A DNA stretch of 64,000 bases from Candidatus Latescibacterota bacterium (GCA_965261395.1 OZ253462.1:4288001-4352000); one strand, 5' to 3'; counted from the stretch's first letter, positions 39,431 to 49,759 are shown. Numbers and translations: made by a program. Notes: a model not told the origin generated them from the sequence alone.

Positions 39431-39548
39431 ATCGAGGATTTGGCCAAGGAAGGGTACGGAGAGTACGCGGCCCTCTTTGAATGAAGCGCTAAGCCTTTAG
39501 CGCATCGTAGAAATGCAAACGGCCGGATAACCGCACCCAGAATCGGGA
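39431..39548 (+). repeat. Direct repeat copy 2: diverged msrAB 3' end fragment
   Basis: Encodes [17 protein letters not shown] versus [17 protein letters not shown] in msrAB; the downstream non-coding sequence is also similar. Confidence 0.9.
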
Positions 39549-39549
39549 G

Positions 39550-40329
39550 TCAAGAGCGCACTTCATCCTCCGTGGGGCACTCGGGCGCGAAAACACTTCC
39601 AAGGTCCACGGTTATTTGGGCGTAGTGTCTACTCAGCCACTGTTTAGCTTTTTCAGTCTCTGGGCAGAGGCTTTGCACCGTCAACCAGAACTTGACCGAG
39701 TGATCCGGAATGGCCAGATGCACTATCTCATGGGTAATCAGGTACCGGAGAACGAAGTCCGGCGTGAGAATAAGTCGCCAGTTGAACGAGAGATTCCTAC
39801 GCGAGGAGCAGTTGCCCCACTTGGTGCGCTGACCCATCACATATATCCGTTCAGGTTGCTGACGGATGCGTGCGGTCATGACAGAAAGGTAACCCGTTAT
39901 CGCCGCGCGAGCCTGCTTTCGCAGCCAGTTCTCGAGGCCGCGTGCCGCCGGCGTCCGCGTGTTCGAGCCCCGACGCACTATGATCCCACCATCAGTCAAG
40001 CTGACGGAGTTTCCTCGCGCCTTCGTCTCAACGAATTCGACTCGTACTGGGGTCGGTTCACCGCGAAACAAGATCTCGCCAAGTGGGCGCCGTTCCGGCC
40101 GCCTCACACCGCGAAGACTGGACACCCGGTCGATCTGAGCGAGCACCCAGGTCCCGTTCCTGCGCAGAAACGACGATACCTCCTCGTCGCCAATACCAAC
40201 GGGTTGTACGACCTCGACGCCGCGCGAGCCGATTCGAACGCGGGCCTGCCTAGCATCCTTCGAAACTACGACATCATACTCAATGCAGCGGCCGCGCAGC
40301 AGAATCTGGCGTTGCGTCGATGGTCTCAT
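39550..40329 (-). CDS. YgjP/DUF45 (SprT-like) zinc metalloprotein associated with type I R-M
   Basis: KWGNCS, FNWRL, YLITHEIVH, HSVKFW. Confidence 0.92.
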   Translation of the reverse strand: MRPSTQRQILLRGRCIEYDVVVSKDARQARVRIGSRGVEVVQPVGIGDEEVSSFLRRNGTWVLAQIDRVSSLRGVRRPERRPLGEILFRGEPTPVRVEFVETKARGNSVSLTDGGIIVRRGSNTRTPAARGLENWLRKQARAAITGYLSVMTARIRQQPERIYVMGQRTKWGNCSSRRNLSFNWRLILTPDFVLRYLITHEIVHLAIPDHSVKFWLTVQSLCPETEKAKQWLSRHYAQITVDLGSVFAPECPTEDEVRS

Positions 40330-40332
40330 GCG

Positions 40333-43300
40333 TCAGGTCGTCCCGTCTGCCTTGGCGAGTTCGGCCACCGCTGGCTTGAGAAATGGAGGGTCTTCGGTGT
40401 TCGGATCGAACCCGAGGTGGGTGTAGGGCGGATTCCAAGACTCCACCAATAAGGACCGCTCGACCCCCATGCGACCACCTATCGAATTGCTCCATCCTTG
40501 TACCAAGAGTTGATGGTTATGCAGATGGCCAACCATGCACCGCGCGCAATTCGCAAGGTACCCCTCGTCATTCACGGCTGCATGGGCGCGCAGGATCATG
40601 AACAGCTCATATTCCCCTGGCCGGGTGAGGCCGAGCCGCTCGGGATCCTGCCTGACATCTACAGCCTCACCCGCTATATCCTCTAGTTCTCGTAGGCGTT
40701 TCGCCGTCGTCTCATCCCCCGCGTCCTGACGCTCCTTGATCCTCTTGAGCCGCTCCCCAAGCAATCGATAGACGAAGCTCGGGTCGTCCTCGGATAGCTC
40801 GGCCGTCAACATCGCCTCCAAGGCGGCTGCCTTGTCCGCGGGCGTAGGAAGTTCATCAAGCCTCCCCGCGTAGTCTTGGTCAATTTTGAGGACTGGAAGC
40901 GATTCTGCCGTATCGATGAACGTCGTGTTTTCTTCGATCAGCTTCTTCGTCTTGGCTGACAACTCCCCGTAGGTGTCCCTACTCCCCTGTTGCCGACGAC
41001 GGTGGGCAACGTATATACCGCACAACCATTTGTATTCCAACCGGTGCGGATATAGGCACGGATCGGGCGACACGGCTTCCCAGAGTCGTTCGAGGCTCAT
41101 GAAGTTCTGCTCGAAGTTCTTGGCGGCCTCGTGGTCGCTCAGCCGCCGCAGGGCAGACAGTAGACATTCGCGAGTATCCGCGATGCCGATACCCTCGAAG
41201 ATCGCCATGCATCGGGCGACTTCTCCGGGCACGATTGCCCGCAGCTTGTTCCAGTCAATCAGGGATTCCTCACGGATGCTCTCGTCGAAGTTGAGCGCCT
41301 TCTCAAGATCGGAGAAAACCCCGAAATAATCGACGACGATGCCCGTATGCTTTTTCATCGACGGCAAGGGGCGATTGGTGCGGGCGATTGCTTGCAGCAG
41401 ATTATGGTCGCGCAGCGGTTTGTCCAGATACATTACCTGCTCGACCGGCGCGTCGAATCCGGTCAGCAGCCGATCACAGACGATGAGAATCTTGAGCGGC
41501 GGTCGCCATTGGCTCCGGTCGTCTCCGTGCCGCTCGCGGTTCCGCTCCTCCCACTCCGCTGGCGTCAGCTTGAAATAGTCGATCAGATCGTCCTGCTTCA
41601 CTTTGGAATACTCAAACCGGCAAATGTCCGGTTCGCTGTTCTGCGCTGACGAGATGATCACCTCCACCGTTTCTGGAGGGAGTCCCTTGGCTTTGAGCCT
41701 GCTATCGAGGGCATCCTTGTAGATCACGCAGGCTTTGCGGTCGATAGCGACGAGCTGAGCCTTGAAACCGTTTGGGTCCGGATGTTCCAGAAAGTGAGCG
41801 AGCAGTTTATCCGCCACGATATCGACCCGATCCGGATGCCGGACAAGCTGTTTCCACTGGGACCGCTGACGCTGAACGAACTCCTTTACCTCCTCGTCCT
41901 CCAACTCCATCTCTTCGCACATCTGCTCGAACCCGACGCTTAGAGTTTCCTCGTCAACGCGGATCGGCACAGTGTCTCGAACGTAGTGCACCTCCAGCGT
42001 CGCCCCATCCCGAATGGAGCGACGAATACCGTAGTAGCTGAGATAACGCTCCTGCCCGCCGTCCTTCTGCGGGCCGAAGTCGCGATGCGTGTTCTGCAGG
42101 GTACGATCGATCGGAGTGCCAGTAAAGCCATACCGGAATCCATTTTCTAGCTTGACGCGCATGGTCAGCGCATAACTCTTGGTGCCGCTTCTTCCCGAAG
42201 AAGTCTGCGAGCGGTGGCACTCGTCGACTAGGCTAACGATGTTGTCGCGGGTCAGTGGCACAAGATCGCCCATCCCCTGGAATGACTGGATGGTCGTCAC
42301 CAGCGTACCGCGCCAGTCGGAGCGAAGTTTCTGCTTCAGGTCCTCGACGCCAAGCGCTTTCTCGACATTGGGATAGTCGCAGGCATCGAAGTCGTCGGAT
42401 AGCTGGGTCTTGATGTCTCGCCGATCGACGACAATAAGCACAGTCGGATTGTTCAGGGCCGGATGCCGCCGCAGTTTCTGGCCGGCGAAGATCATGGTCA
42501 GAGACTTTCCCGAGCCTTGGGTGTGCCAGACGAGGCCAGTGCGATCCTGAGCGCTCACGGGCTTGCCTACGAGCGATAGGGTCCGGTCCATAAGTTCGTT
42601 GACCGCCTCGAATTGTTGATAACGGGCGATCTTTTTCGCTGTCGTGCCTTTCTTAGTTTCGAAGACAACGAAGTGCTGCAAGAAATCGAGCACATGCGCA
42701 GGCTTCAGCCGGAGGAGACCCTTAACCGGCATCTCCAGCGGGTCGTCGGGATTCGATGCCTCTGGTTCGTTCCACCAGCCGTGGCGGTCAGGATAAAGGC
42801 TAAGCCAGCGGCCCCACAGGTCTAGGTGACGGTCAATGTGTTCCTTGCTAGCGTCGTGAAACAGCACGGTGCCATAGCGGAATTCGTCCTCGTCGGCTGC
42901 CACGCAGAACACGTTGGGTGTCAGCATCAGCGGTGCTTCTCTCTGATAGCGGTGGAGCTGGTGCACCGCCTCCCGCCAGTCCTTCCGGCTCGTCACGTAG
43001 CTCTTGTACTCCGCCACGACGAGTGGGATGCCATTGACGAGAAGCACCGTATCGTCTCGGCACTGCTTAACCCTTTGTACCCGGTATTGGTTGGTCGCGG
43101 TAAAGTCGTTCAGTTCCTGACGGTCTGGGTCGAAGGCGATGAACTGAACGGTCTGCGCGTCCTGGCCCGGTTGGAGCACGACTGTGGCACCGTCTCGCAA
43201 CAGGTCGAGGGTCGCGCGGTTAGCGGTGAGGCGATCCGGCTGCGACATAGCCTTGCGAAGCGCGTCTACCGCCGGTCTCGCCTGGGTCTCGTTGGTCACA

Positions 43301-43491
43301 TGCGGATTGATGCTCAGGATGGCTTCCACCAGCAGCTTCTCGACCAACGGATCTTCCAACGGCCGTTCGAATTGCGCCATGGCGGCCTCGTCCCGGTATG
43401 TCCATCCTAAGCCACCCACGCGGTAGGTAGCTTTATCTTCGCCACAGAGCCAGTTAAGAATGGGCTGCTCGATGTAACGGTATTCGCTCAT
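40333..43491 (-). CDS. hsdR: Type I restriction endonuclease subunit R
   Basis: DTVLLVNGIPLVVAEYK, HTQGSGKS, DECHR, FTGTP, LLTGFDAP, LLQAIARTNR. Confidence 0.96.
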   Translation of the reverse strand: MSEYRYIEQPILNWLCGEDKATYRVGGLGWTYRDEAAMAQFERPLEDPLVEKLLVEAILSINPHVTNETQARPAVDALRKAMSQPDRLTANRATLDLLRDGATVVLQPGQDAQTVQFIAFDPDRQELNDFTATNQYRVQRVKQCRDDTVLLVNGIPLVVAEYKSYVTSRKDWREAVHQLHRYQREAPLMLTPNVFCVAADEDEFRYGTVLFHDASKEHIDRHLDLWGRWLSLYPDRHGWWNEPEASNPDDPLEMPVKGLLRLKPAHVLDFLQHFVVFETKKGTTAKKIARYQQFEAVNELMDRTLSLVGKPVSAQDRTGLVWHTQGSGKSLTMIFAGQKLRRHPALNNPTVLIVVDRRDIKTQLSDDFDACDYPNVEKALGVEDLKQKLRSDWRGTLVTTIQSFQGMGDLVPLTRDNIVSLVDECHRSQTSSGRSGTKSYALTMRVKLENGFRYGFTGTPIDRTLQNTHRDFGPQKDGGQERYLSYYGIRRSIRDGATLEVHYVRDTVPIRVDEETLSVGFEQMCEEMELEDEEVKEFVQRQRSQWKQLVRHPDRVDIVADKLLAHFLEHPDPNGFKAQLVAIDRKACVIYKDALDSRLKAKGLPPETVEVIISSAQNSEPDICRFEYSKVKQDDLIDYFKLTPAEWEERNRERHGDDRSQWRPPLKILIVCDRLLTGFDAPVEQVMYLDKPLRDHNLLQAIARTNRPLPSMKKHTGIVVDYFGVFSDLEKALNFDESIREESLIDWNKLRAIVPGEVARCMAIFEGIGIADTRECLLSALRRLSDHEAAKNFEQNFMSLERLWEAVSPDPCLYPHRLEYKWLCGIYVAHRRRQQGSRDTYGELSAKTKKLIEENTTFIDTAESLPVLKIDQDYAGRLDELPTPADKAAALEAMLTAELSEDDPSFVYRLLGERLKRIKERQDAGDETTAKRLRELEDIAGEAVDVRQDPERLGLTRPGEYELFMILRAHAAVNDEGYLANCARCMVGHLHNHQLLVQGWSNSIGGRMGVERSLLVESWNPPYTHLGFDPNTEDPPFLKPAVAELAKADGTT

Positions 43492-44723
43492 GATGTAACC
43501 GCCTTCGAGGCATCGGGCACACGGACCTTGCCGGTGAGGAGATCGTGCATGAGGGACTTCTTGAGTTCGCAGAGAGCCGTTTCCTTCTGCGATAGTCCAG
43601 CAAGCAAAGACTTGGAACGCGCCACAATCTCAACGATCTGGCGCTGTTCACTTAGAGTCGGCGGAATGGGAAAACGGAATGCACGAACCTGCGTCTTGTT
43701 GGTGGAAGCAAGGTTAGTAGTGCGCTTTGCTACCCGACTGAAATACCGTTTAGCGATGTCGGACTCTACAACTATAGCGTAAAACGAAGGTTCAAGTACT
43801 TCACGATTGGCGCGGATGCGGAAGATATGGTTTTGGTGTAGGCAGTCTGGAATCTGTCCGTCCCAAATGGTGCCGCGGCCAAGCTTGTCGATGTCGCCTC
43901 CCTCTGTCATCAGGACATCTCCAGCTTCCAACCGGTATTTCTGTACGTCGTCAACAGGGACTCGAATGGTCTTGATGGTATTGAGGTCGAGGTACCCATC
44001 CTGAACATTGGCAACACGAAGGTAAGGTAGCTCAACTGATTTATGGCCGGACGTGTCCTTGCCAAGTGTCACTCCTGAGCCAACTGTTGCCACTTCATCA
44101 ACTCGGGTCATGCGCCAGTGCTGAGGAAAGCGCCTACGGCTGCAGTTAGCCGATCCTAGTCCTCGCTCAAGCAATTCGTGTAACAAGCAGTGGTCGAGCT
44201 GTCGGGCACGTTTGATGGCAATGCGAGCGTGCTCGATGGCTGCGTCCACGGCGTCGAGAATGCGGGCGATAGCAGTCTGCTCCTTGAGGGGAGGAAACAC
44301 CCCCCGTAAAGCATAGGCGTCGCGACGCGACAACCCTGGAACGCCAGTCGCAGCGTTCAAGAGCTTCAGAGGTAGGTAATCAAGAAGATGGCGGATAAAC
44401 TGCAGATGGTCCCCCGCATTCGCGAGCACGTAGTACACAGTGTCGATCGGCCAGAAAGGCCCGCTCGCGTAGTGAACTGCACCAACCGTGCCCTTCCGTC
44501 CGACCAGAATCCCTGGCCCATCCAACAGCGGCACGTTGTGGCTGCCTACAATGCCATTCGATCCATATACGTCCACATGACCGGCTTCGCGATCCTCCTC
44601 CCGCAATCCAGTACCATAGGCGAGATCGATACGAGCGCCCAACGGAACGCAATCCCAATCGGATGGCAAATCGTTAATCTCAAAGATTTGGCAACCAGAC
44701 AAAGCCCTACTGGTCGACGGCAT
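43488..44723 (-). CDS. hsdS: Type I R-M specificity subunit S
   Basis: LPSDW, two TRDs, PPLKEQTAIARIL, PPTLSEQRQIV, LKKSLMHDLLTGKVRV. Probable ATG at 44723 overlaps the hsdM end. Confidence 0.94.
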   Translation of the reverse strand: MPSTSRALSGCQIFEINDLPSDWDCVPLGARIDLAYGTGLREEDREAGHVDVYGSNGIVGSHNVPLLDGPGILVGRKGTVGAVHYASGPFWPIDTVYYVLANAGDHLQFIRHLLDYLPLKLLNAATGVPGLSRRDAYALRGVFPPLKEQTAIARILDAVDAAIEHARIAIKRARQLDHCLLHELLERGLGSANCSRRRFPQHWRMTRVDEVATVGSGVTLGKDTSGHKSVELPYLRVANVQDGYLDLNTIKTIRVPVDDVQKYRLEAGDVLMTEGGDIDKLGRGTIWDGQIPDCLHQNHIFRIRANREVLEPSFYAIVVESDIAKRYFSRVAKRTTNLASTNKTQVRAFRFPIPPTLSEQRQIVEIVARSKSLLAGLSQKETALCELKKSLMHDLLTGKVRVPDASKAVTS

Positions 44724-46706
44724 ATCCAACATCCTGAAGTAGGCTGGAGAGGGCCTCCTCGGCACTCCTCGCTTTCGCCTCCGCTTTCTGGAGAGCTTTC
44801 AGCGCATCTCGGACTTCGATTCGTGGCTCCGGCTCAAACGTATCTACGTACCGGGGCACATTAAGATTGAATTCGTTCTCCTCAATTTCGTCTAGGTCTA
44901 CGACCCGGGCGTGCTTGATCAGCTCGTCCGGGTCGCCGTAGAGGGAAACCAACTCGTCGGCGACGGCACTCACATCGGCCCGGTCGTCCTCGGCGCTCCG
45001 GCGGATTTCTGCGATACGCTGGTCGCGTTCGGCGATCTTGGCGGTCGCCTTGTCGCGCTCCTTGTCGCGCTGCTTCTCAAGCTTACCAACTACTTTTGCC
45101 GCCTTGATCTTGTCGGATTTTGCGGTGACCTCCTTCTCTACCTCGCGTGCCTCCGTCAGCTCTCTTTCCAACCCCGCCAGCTTATCGGCATGCGGCTGGT
45201 ACTCCGCCTCAAGTCGCCCGATTTCCTCTGCTTCTCGTCGGTTGATCTCCGTGCGAATCCTCCCGCCGTGTTCGCCGACGAGTTCGGGAACCTTCAAGAC
45301 GTCCCCATAAGCTTGATAGTGAACAAGCATCCGCATGATGTCCTGCGGGCGCAGCTCATTCTGCGCGGAAAGCTCCCGGTAGTGTCGAGCGGCATAAACG
45401 AGCAGCACTTGGTCGCGGCGCTCAACCGGACGTTGCTTTCGGAGGATCAACAGGCAGGCGGGCACGCCGGCACCGTAAAAGACATTAAGAGGAAGCGAGA
45501 TCACCGCATCGAGCAAGCGAGACCCGATCAGCGCCCGGCGGATGAGATGTTCGTCGTCGGCCTTGCGCCGCTTTATCTTCGGAACAGCACGCCTTGGGGA
45601 CAGACGATGCCCGCGCGGCCGTTGTCCGCGAGTGAAGCCAAGATGTGCAGGATGAACGCGTAGTCGCCATACCCGGCCGGGGGCGCTTTAAAACCAGTGC
45701 CGCGGCCGAAGCGGCCGAACGGATCCTTGTAGCCTTCCCCGCCGAAGATTTCCTTCTTGAGTCTGTCTTTTTTTGTCTTATCGTCGGTTTGCTGCTCGGG
45801 TTTCAACCACCAGAATTCATCGGAGAACGGGAAATTGGCGAGCACAAGTGAGAACTTCCTCACTTCTCCGTCTTCGCGGAACTGGGGGTCGGTGATCGTG
45901 CTGTCGCCAGCCCTGATGTCGGCTTCGAGTCTATGTAGAACGGAGTTGATCTTGCCGATGGCGGCGTTGCCCCAGTTCATTTCCTGCGCAAAATACTGTG
46001 CGTTGGTCGCAGAATGGCCACACTCACGGAGGTAGTCGGCGGCATGTACCAGCATGCCGCCGGAGCCGGCAGTGGGGTCGTAGATCGTGTCGCCCAGCCG
46101 GGGTTCGAGGATGCGCACCAAGGTGTCCACGACTTCCGGCGGCGTGAAGAACTCGCCCGCCTTGGCACCGGCGTCGTCGGCGAACTTTTTGATGAGGTAT
46201 TCGTAGGCCCGGCCCAGCACGTCGGGCGAGACGCTACTGTTGGAGAGGTCGTGCTCGTCGAAGTGCTGAACCAGTGCATGAACGACTTCGTTCGCAATCA
46301 ATAGCCTGCCGGAACCATCGGGCGCCGGCTGGTTCCAGTCGACCGTGAATACGCCGCGCAGCTCGCCGTTAGATTCGGCGACCGCGCGCATCGCACGGGT
46401 CAGCGCCTCACCGATGTTAGTGGCGACGGCCTTGATGTCGCCCCAGCGTGAGTCGTCCGGGATTTGGTAGCGATGCTCGCCCCGTTTGCGGAAGATCGCC
46501 TTTTCCGCTTCAGTGAAGGCACGGCCTTGCTGACGCTCCTGCTCGGCTATAGCATCGTCCGCCTCGCACTCCCATTGGTCGCAGAGACGTTTGTAGAACA
46601 TCAACGACAGTATGTAGTTCTTGTAGTCCTGTCCGGCGGTCTTGCCGCGCAGGATGTTCGCCGCGCCCCACAGGTGCGCCTCAAGTTGTTGGAGAGTGAG
46701 CTTCAT
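44707..46706 (-). pseudogene. hsdM: Type I R-M methyltransferase subunit M, frameshifted at about 45580
   Basis: 5' ORF 45573-46706 (LWGAANILRG, GEFFTP, YDPTAGSGGM, ANFPF, PQGVLFR*) continues in another frame (PKIKRRKADDEHLIRRAL...DAVISLPLNVFYGAG...FNLNVPRYVD). Confidence 0.88.
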
Positions 46707-46779
46707 TGCGCTGTGCGGAGTTCCGACTCTCCCCTGAGAGCGTTCTGATGGCTGTACACGTCAGTCGATACCAGTCCGG

Positions 46780-46995
46780 TCATGTTTGATCTCGATTTCT
46801 CCATTTATTGCGATTCCTATTCAGCCTTCTCTGGTTGTACCATTCCTCATATGATTCAACAACCCTGTGAACAGTCTTATAAAGGAATGATTTATTTTCA
46901 TATGAAAACTCGCCATTTGAAATAATGTCGTCCACATATGCAAACAACTTCTTCTTTTGTTCATTAATTTGGTCAATACGCTCAGAATCGTTCAT
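46780..46995 (-). CDS. Small AT-rich hypothetical protein
   Basis: AAAGGAG RBS and ATG, 71 aa, upstream of hsdM. Confidence 0.55.
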   Translation of the reverse strand: MNDSERIDQINEQKKKLFAYVDDIISNGEFSYENKSFLYKTVHRVVESYEEWYNQRRLNRNRNKWRNRDQT

Positions 46996-47136
46996 GGCAG
47001 TTCTCCTTTGTTGAGCGGCGACCGCGGCCTGACAGAGGCTCTATCTGGTTTTGCGCCGCGATGTAGATTGAAGGGTTCAGCCTGCAGCGGCGACCCGCTC
47101 CAGTAAAAAGGTGGCGATCCCTTGCAGGGGCAAGGT

Positions 47137-47352
47137 ACCGCCGAACGCCGCGTGACTGTTACCGGCCGACCGGTGGGTCCAGCTAACCGCCGCCGAGTAC
47201 GAACTGCTCTTCGAGCTTTCGGTCAAGACCGGACGGGTTTGACCCACGACCAGTTGGGCCTGACGAACTCCGGCGATGTGCGAGTGATCCGAACCCTCGT
47301 CAGGAGACTCCACCGCAAGCTGGACAACGACGCGAGCAGCCCCACGTACATA
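47137..47352 (+). pseudogene. Relic of an OmpR/KdpE-type winged-helix effector domain
   Basis: Across frameshifts: ERRVTVTGRPV/QLTAAEYELLFELSVKTGRV/THDQL/GLTNSGDVRVIRTLVRRLHRKLDNDASSPTYI. Confidence 0.75.
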
Positions 47353-47474
47353 GGTCTTTGCGGTTGTCCGGCCGTTTGCTATGTGGATCCCCTTGCACAC
47401 CCCTCTTCATAACCCCTCACCACTCGGCCCCAGATAATAAGCCCTTATAAATGGATCAGGTCGTTCCCGCTACG

Positions 47475-48224
47475 CTATTGACATACAAGGGACCTGCCGG
47501 TTCGCCAATCAACAACGACGATCCTTGACCACGGTGTTCTTGGCCGAATAGCGCCCAATAGCTGTTTGCACTCGTCACGGCTGAGAAAGCTATACCCAAT
47601 ACAGTCGACAAGCAGCAACCACCATTCATCGTACTTTCCAAACTTGACATTGCTTTTCTTGGACTGCTTTTCGTGCGTCTCGCTCTTGTCCTCGATGCAG
47701 ATGTCGATATTACGCTCCAACTCGGGAAATAACAGGACACCGGTGTCACTATCCGAGGTCATGCCCATCAAGAACTTGCTCCGGTGCGGAGAGGAGGCTG
47801 GAAAGATAGAGAGGCGGAGACCGCAAGATAGGTCTAGATCACACCCATTCCAATCGCCACTTAAGAATGAATTAAGGGCCGCACGCATCTCGCTATGCAT
47901 TTGTTCCCAGTTCTTTGAACCCTTTTTCAAGACCGGCGGAAACTCTCCTACGCATTCGTATGAAACAAACCAACTTTGTCCTGTGTCGGGTGGACCGTAT
48001 GACGACAAAGCGTGTTCAAAGGAATGCTTAAGCGGGATAGCATCCTGCTCAACACCTCTCACCTCGCCTCGAATTACACGGTTGTAGTTGAGCCGACGCA
48101 CCTCGACAGCTATTCGGTCACAAATGGAAAAATCCGGGGAGGTTTGCCCGTCCGGCTCATAAATGATGTGCTGGTAACCTTGGCCTTCCAAGTACTTCTT
48201 GGCAAAGGCCTCCTCTGCTTTCAT
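47475..48224 (-). CDS. Hypothetical protein, putative PD-(D/E)xK-fold nuclease
   Basis: N-terminal E, then PDF...IAVEVRR; C-terminal WWLLLVD. Probable ATG at 48224. Confidence 0.65.
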   Translation of the reverse strand: MKAEEAFAKKYLEGQGYQHIIYEPDGQTSPDFSICDRIAVEVRRLNYNRVIRGEVRGVEQDAIPLKHSFEHALSSYGPPDTGQSWFVSYECVGEFPPVLKKGSKNWEQMHSEMRAALNSFLSGDWNGCDLDLSCGLRLSIFPASSPHRSKFLMGMTSDSDTGVLLFPELERNIDICIEDKSETHEKQSKKSNVKFGKYDEWWLLLVDCIGYSFLSRDECKQLLGAIRPRTPWSRIVVVDWRTGRSLVCQ

Positions 48225-48323
48225 TTTGTCACTCGCTCCTGCCAAGGCTCCCCTTGCTGCATTCGACGGGATCGGACGTAGAAGACTTCGGGTCGTGGAT
48301 CAAATTTTTCATTGGGCAGGTCC

Positions 48324-49685
48324 TTACGGATTCGGGCCCAGTCGCTTTTGTAGTCCGGGATAAGCATAATAGCCCAACGTATCGCCACTCATTTGATCGA
48401 TCTGTTCCTCGACAAATGCCTCCCAGTGAGGTCGACTTTTGGAAAGAAGCGAAGTCGTCTGCTCGAATAGTTGTTCGAGGATGTCCGGTGTGCCGGCAGC
48501 TTTCCAAATCTGTTCGTTATCACTCACGGCCTTCAGCACCACTTTCACATCTCTATGGGAAAACCACTTGGCAAGCGGCAAGACAATGGACTGACCGAGA
48601 TGCTCGGCGTGGCGAAAACTTCCGGCTTGAGCGTACATCTTAAGTCCCCGACCGATGAATTCCTTTCTCGGGTGCTCGACGACGATGCTGATTTGCGCGG
48701 TTTCATCGAAGCCATCGAACCGATTGAGCAGGACTTCGGACAACTGGGCTATAGCAAACGCATCAAAGGCGGCGTATGTCTTGAGGGTTTCGACGTCAGC
48801 GGTATCGAGAAGGCGTCTGATACGCGCCTGTTCGGGCTCCCTGAGCCAGTCCCAAATACGCGGGTCGTTCTCGAGGAATGGACAGATACTTAGAAGAACT
48901 TCGTCGGTAACATGTTCAAGTTTCTCGGCCACATAGCCCGGCATTACTGAGTCATAAATCTCGGTCTTTGCCTTTGCAATCTCACGTAGCGTCAGCGCCA
49001 GCGTTCGGATTTTACTTGTATATTTAGCGTGCTCAGCGCCGAACGGTGCACTGACTATGGCCTTGACGAGATTGATCACTAGTACGTCCTTCGCCCGGTC
49101 GAGGTATCTCGAGCGAAGAAAAGTGCTGATCTCCTCAGCCGTCACTGGGAAAGAGGCGCTCAGCAGATCAGAGTCGAACCGGGCAATGGCACTTTTACCC
49201 TGCAACGGGGCATGCACGAGAAGGTATTTCAGCGCATGGACGATGTGTGCACGAACCAACTCTGGCGATGGTTGATAAAGCTCATCCTCGACCACGAAGG
49301 CAGGGTGAGCGCACAGATGCCGATCTTTCTGAAGGCGCGCGAGGGCGGAGTACTCATGTGGCACAAGGAGCTGGAGATCGTTGTTGGATTTGGTCAACAG
49401 CTCAGCCTCAATGGTCTGTAACTTCCGCTTGTTGTTGGCCTCGATTGCGTCGTCGAGTTCCTTCACGAACTCTCTGGGAGCCGCTTCTCCCTGACCGGCT
49501 AGCTCTCGGGTCTTAGCAATGATGTCGTAAGCAACCGCAATCCATGTAGACATAAGCGCAGATCGTAAAGCGCCGCCACGATAGGCGGTTATCGCTTCGC
49601 CTATCAGTCGACGCGACTCGCGATCACGCACAGAAAGCGCGAGCATATCGATATCTGTGAGCCCCAGACTGCCAGACGCGCTCAT
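48324..49685 (-). CDS. Hypothetical protein with N-terminal HEPN-like domain and helical C-terminus
   Basis: EAITAYRGGALRSA helix and RxxxxH motif (RHLCAH). Confidence 0.7.
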   Translation of the reverse strand: MSASGSLGLTDIDMLALSVRDRESRRLIGEAITAYRGGALRSALMSTWIAVAYDIIAKTRELAGQGEAAPREFVKELDDAIEANNKRKLQTIEAELLTKSNNDLQLLVPHEYSALARLQKDRHLCAHPAFVVEDELYQPSPELVRAHIVHALKYLLVHAPLQGKSAIARFDSDLLSASFPVTAEEISTFLRSRYLDRAKDVLVINLVKAIVSAPFGAEHAKYTSKIRTLALTLREIAKAKTEIYDSVMPGYVAEKLEHVTDEVLLSICPFLENDPRIWDWLREPEQARIRRLLDTADVETLKTYAAFDAFAIAQLSEVLLNRFDGFDETAQISIVVEHPRKEFIGRGLKMYAQAGSFRHAEHLGQSIVLPLAKWFSHRDVKVVLKAVSDNEQIWKAAGTPDILEQLFEQTTSLLSKSRPHWEAFVEEQIDQMSGDTLGYYAYPGLQKRLGPNP

Positions 49686-49759
49686 GCGCACTCCACCCCA
49701 AGGGGTAACTTTGCGGTTTCCTCCAAAGTAACTTGTCGTTTTCGACTGACCATAATTGA

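Noticed and set aside
45570-45590. Programmed ribosomal frameshift in hsdM
   Set aside because: No X XXY YYZ slippery site or homopolymer; deletion or error is more parsimonious.
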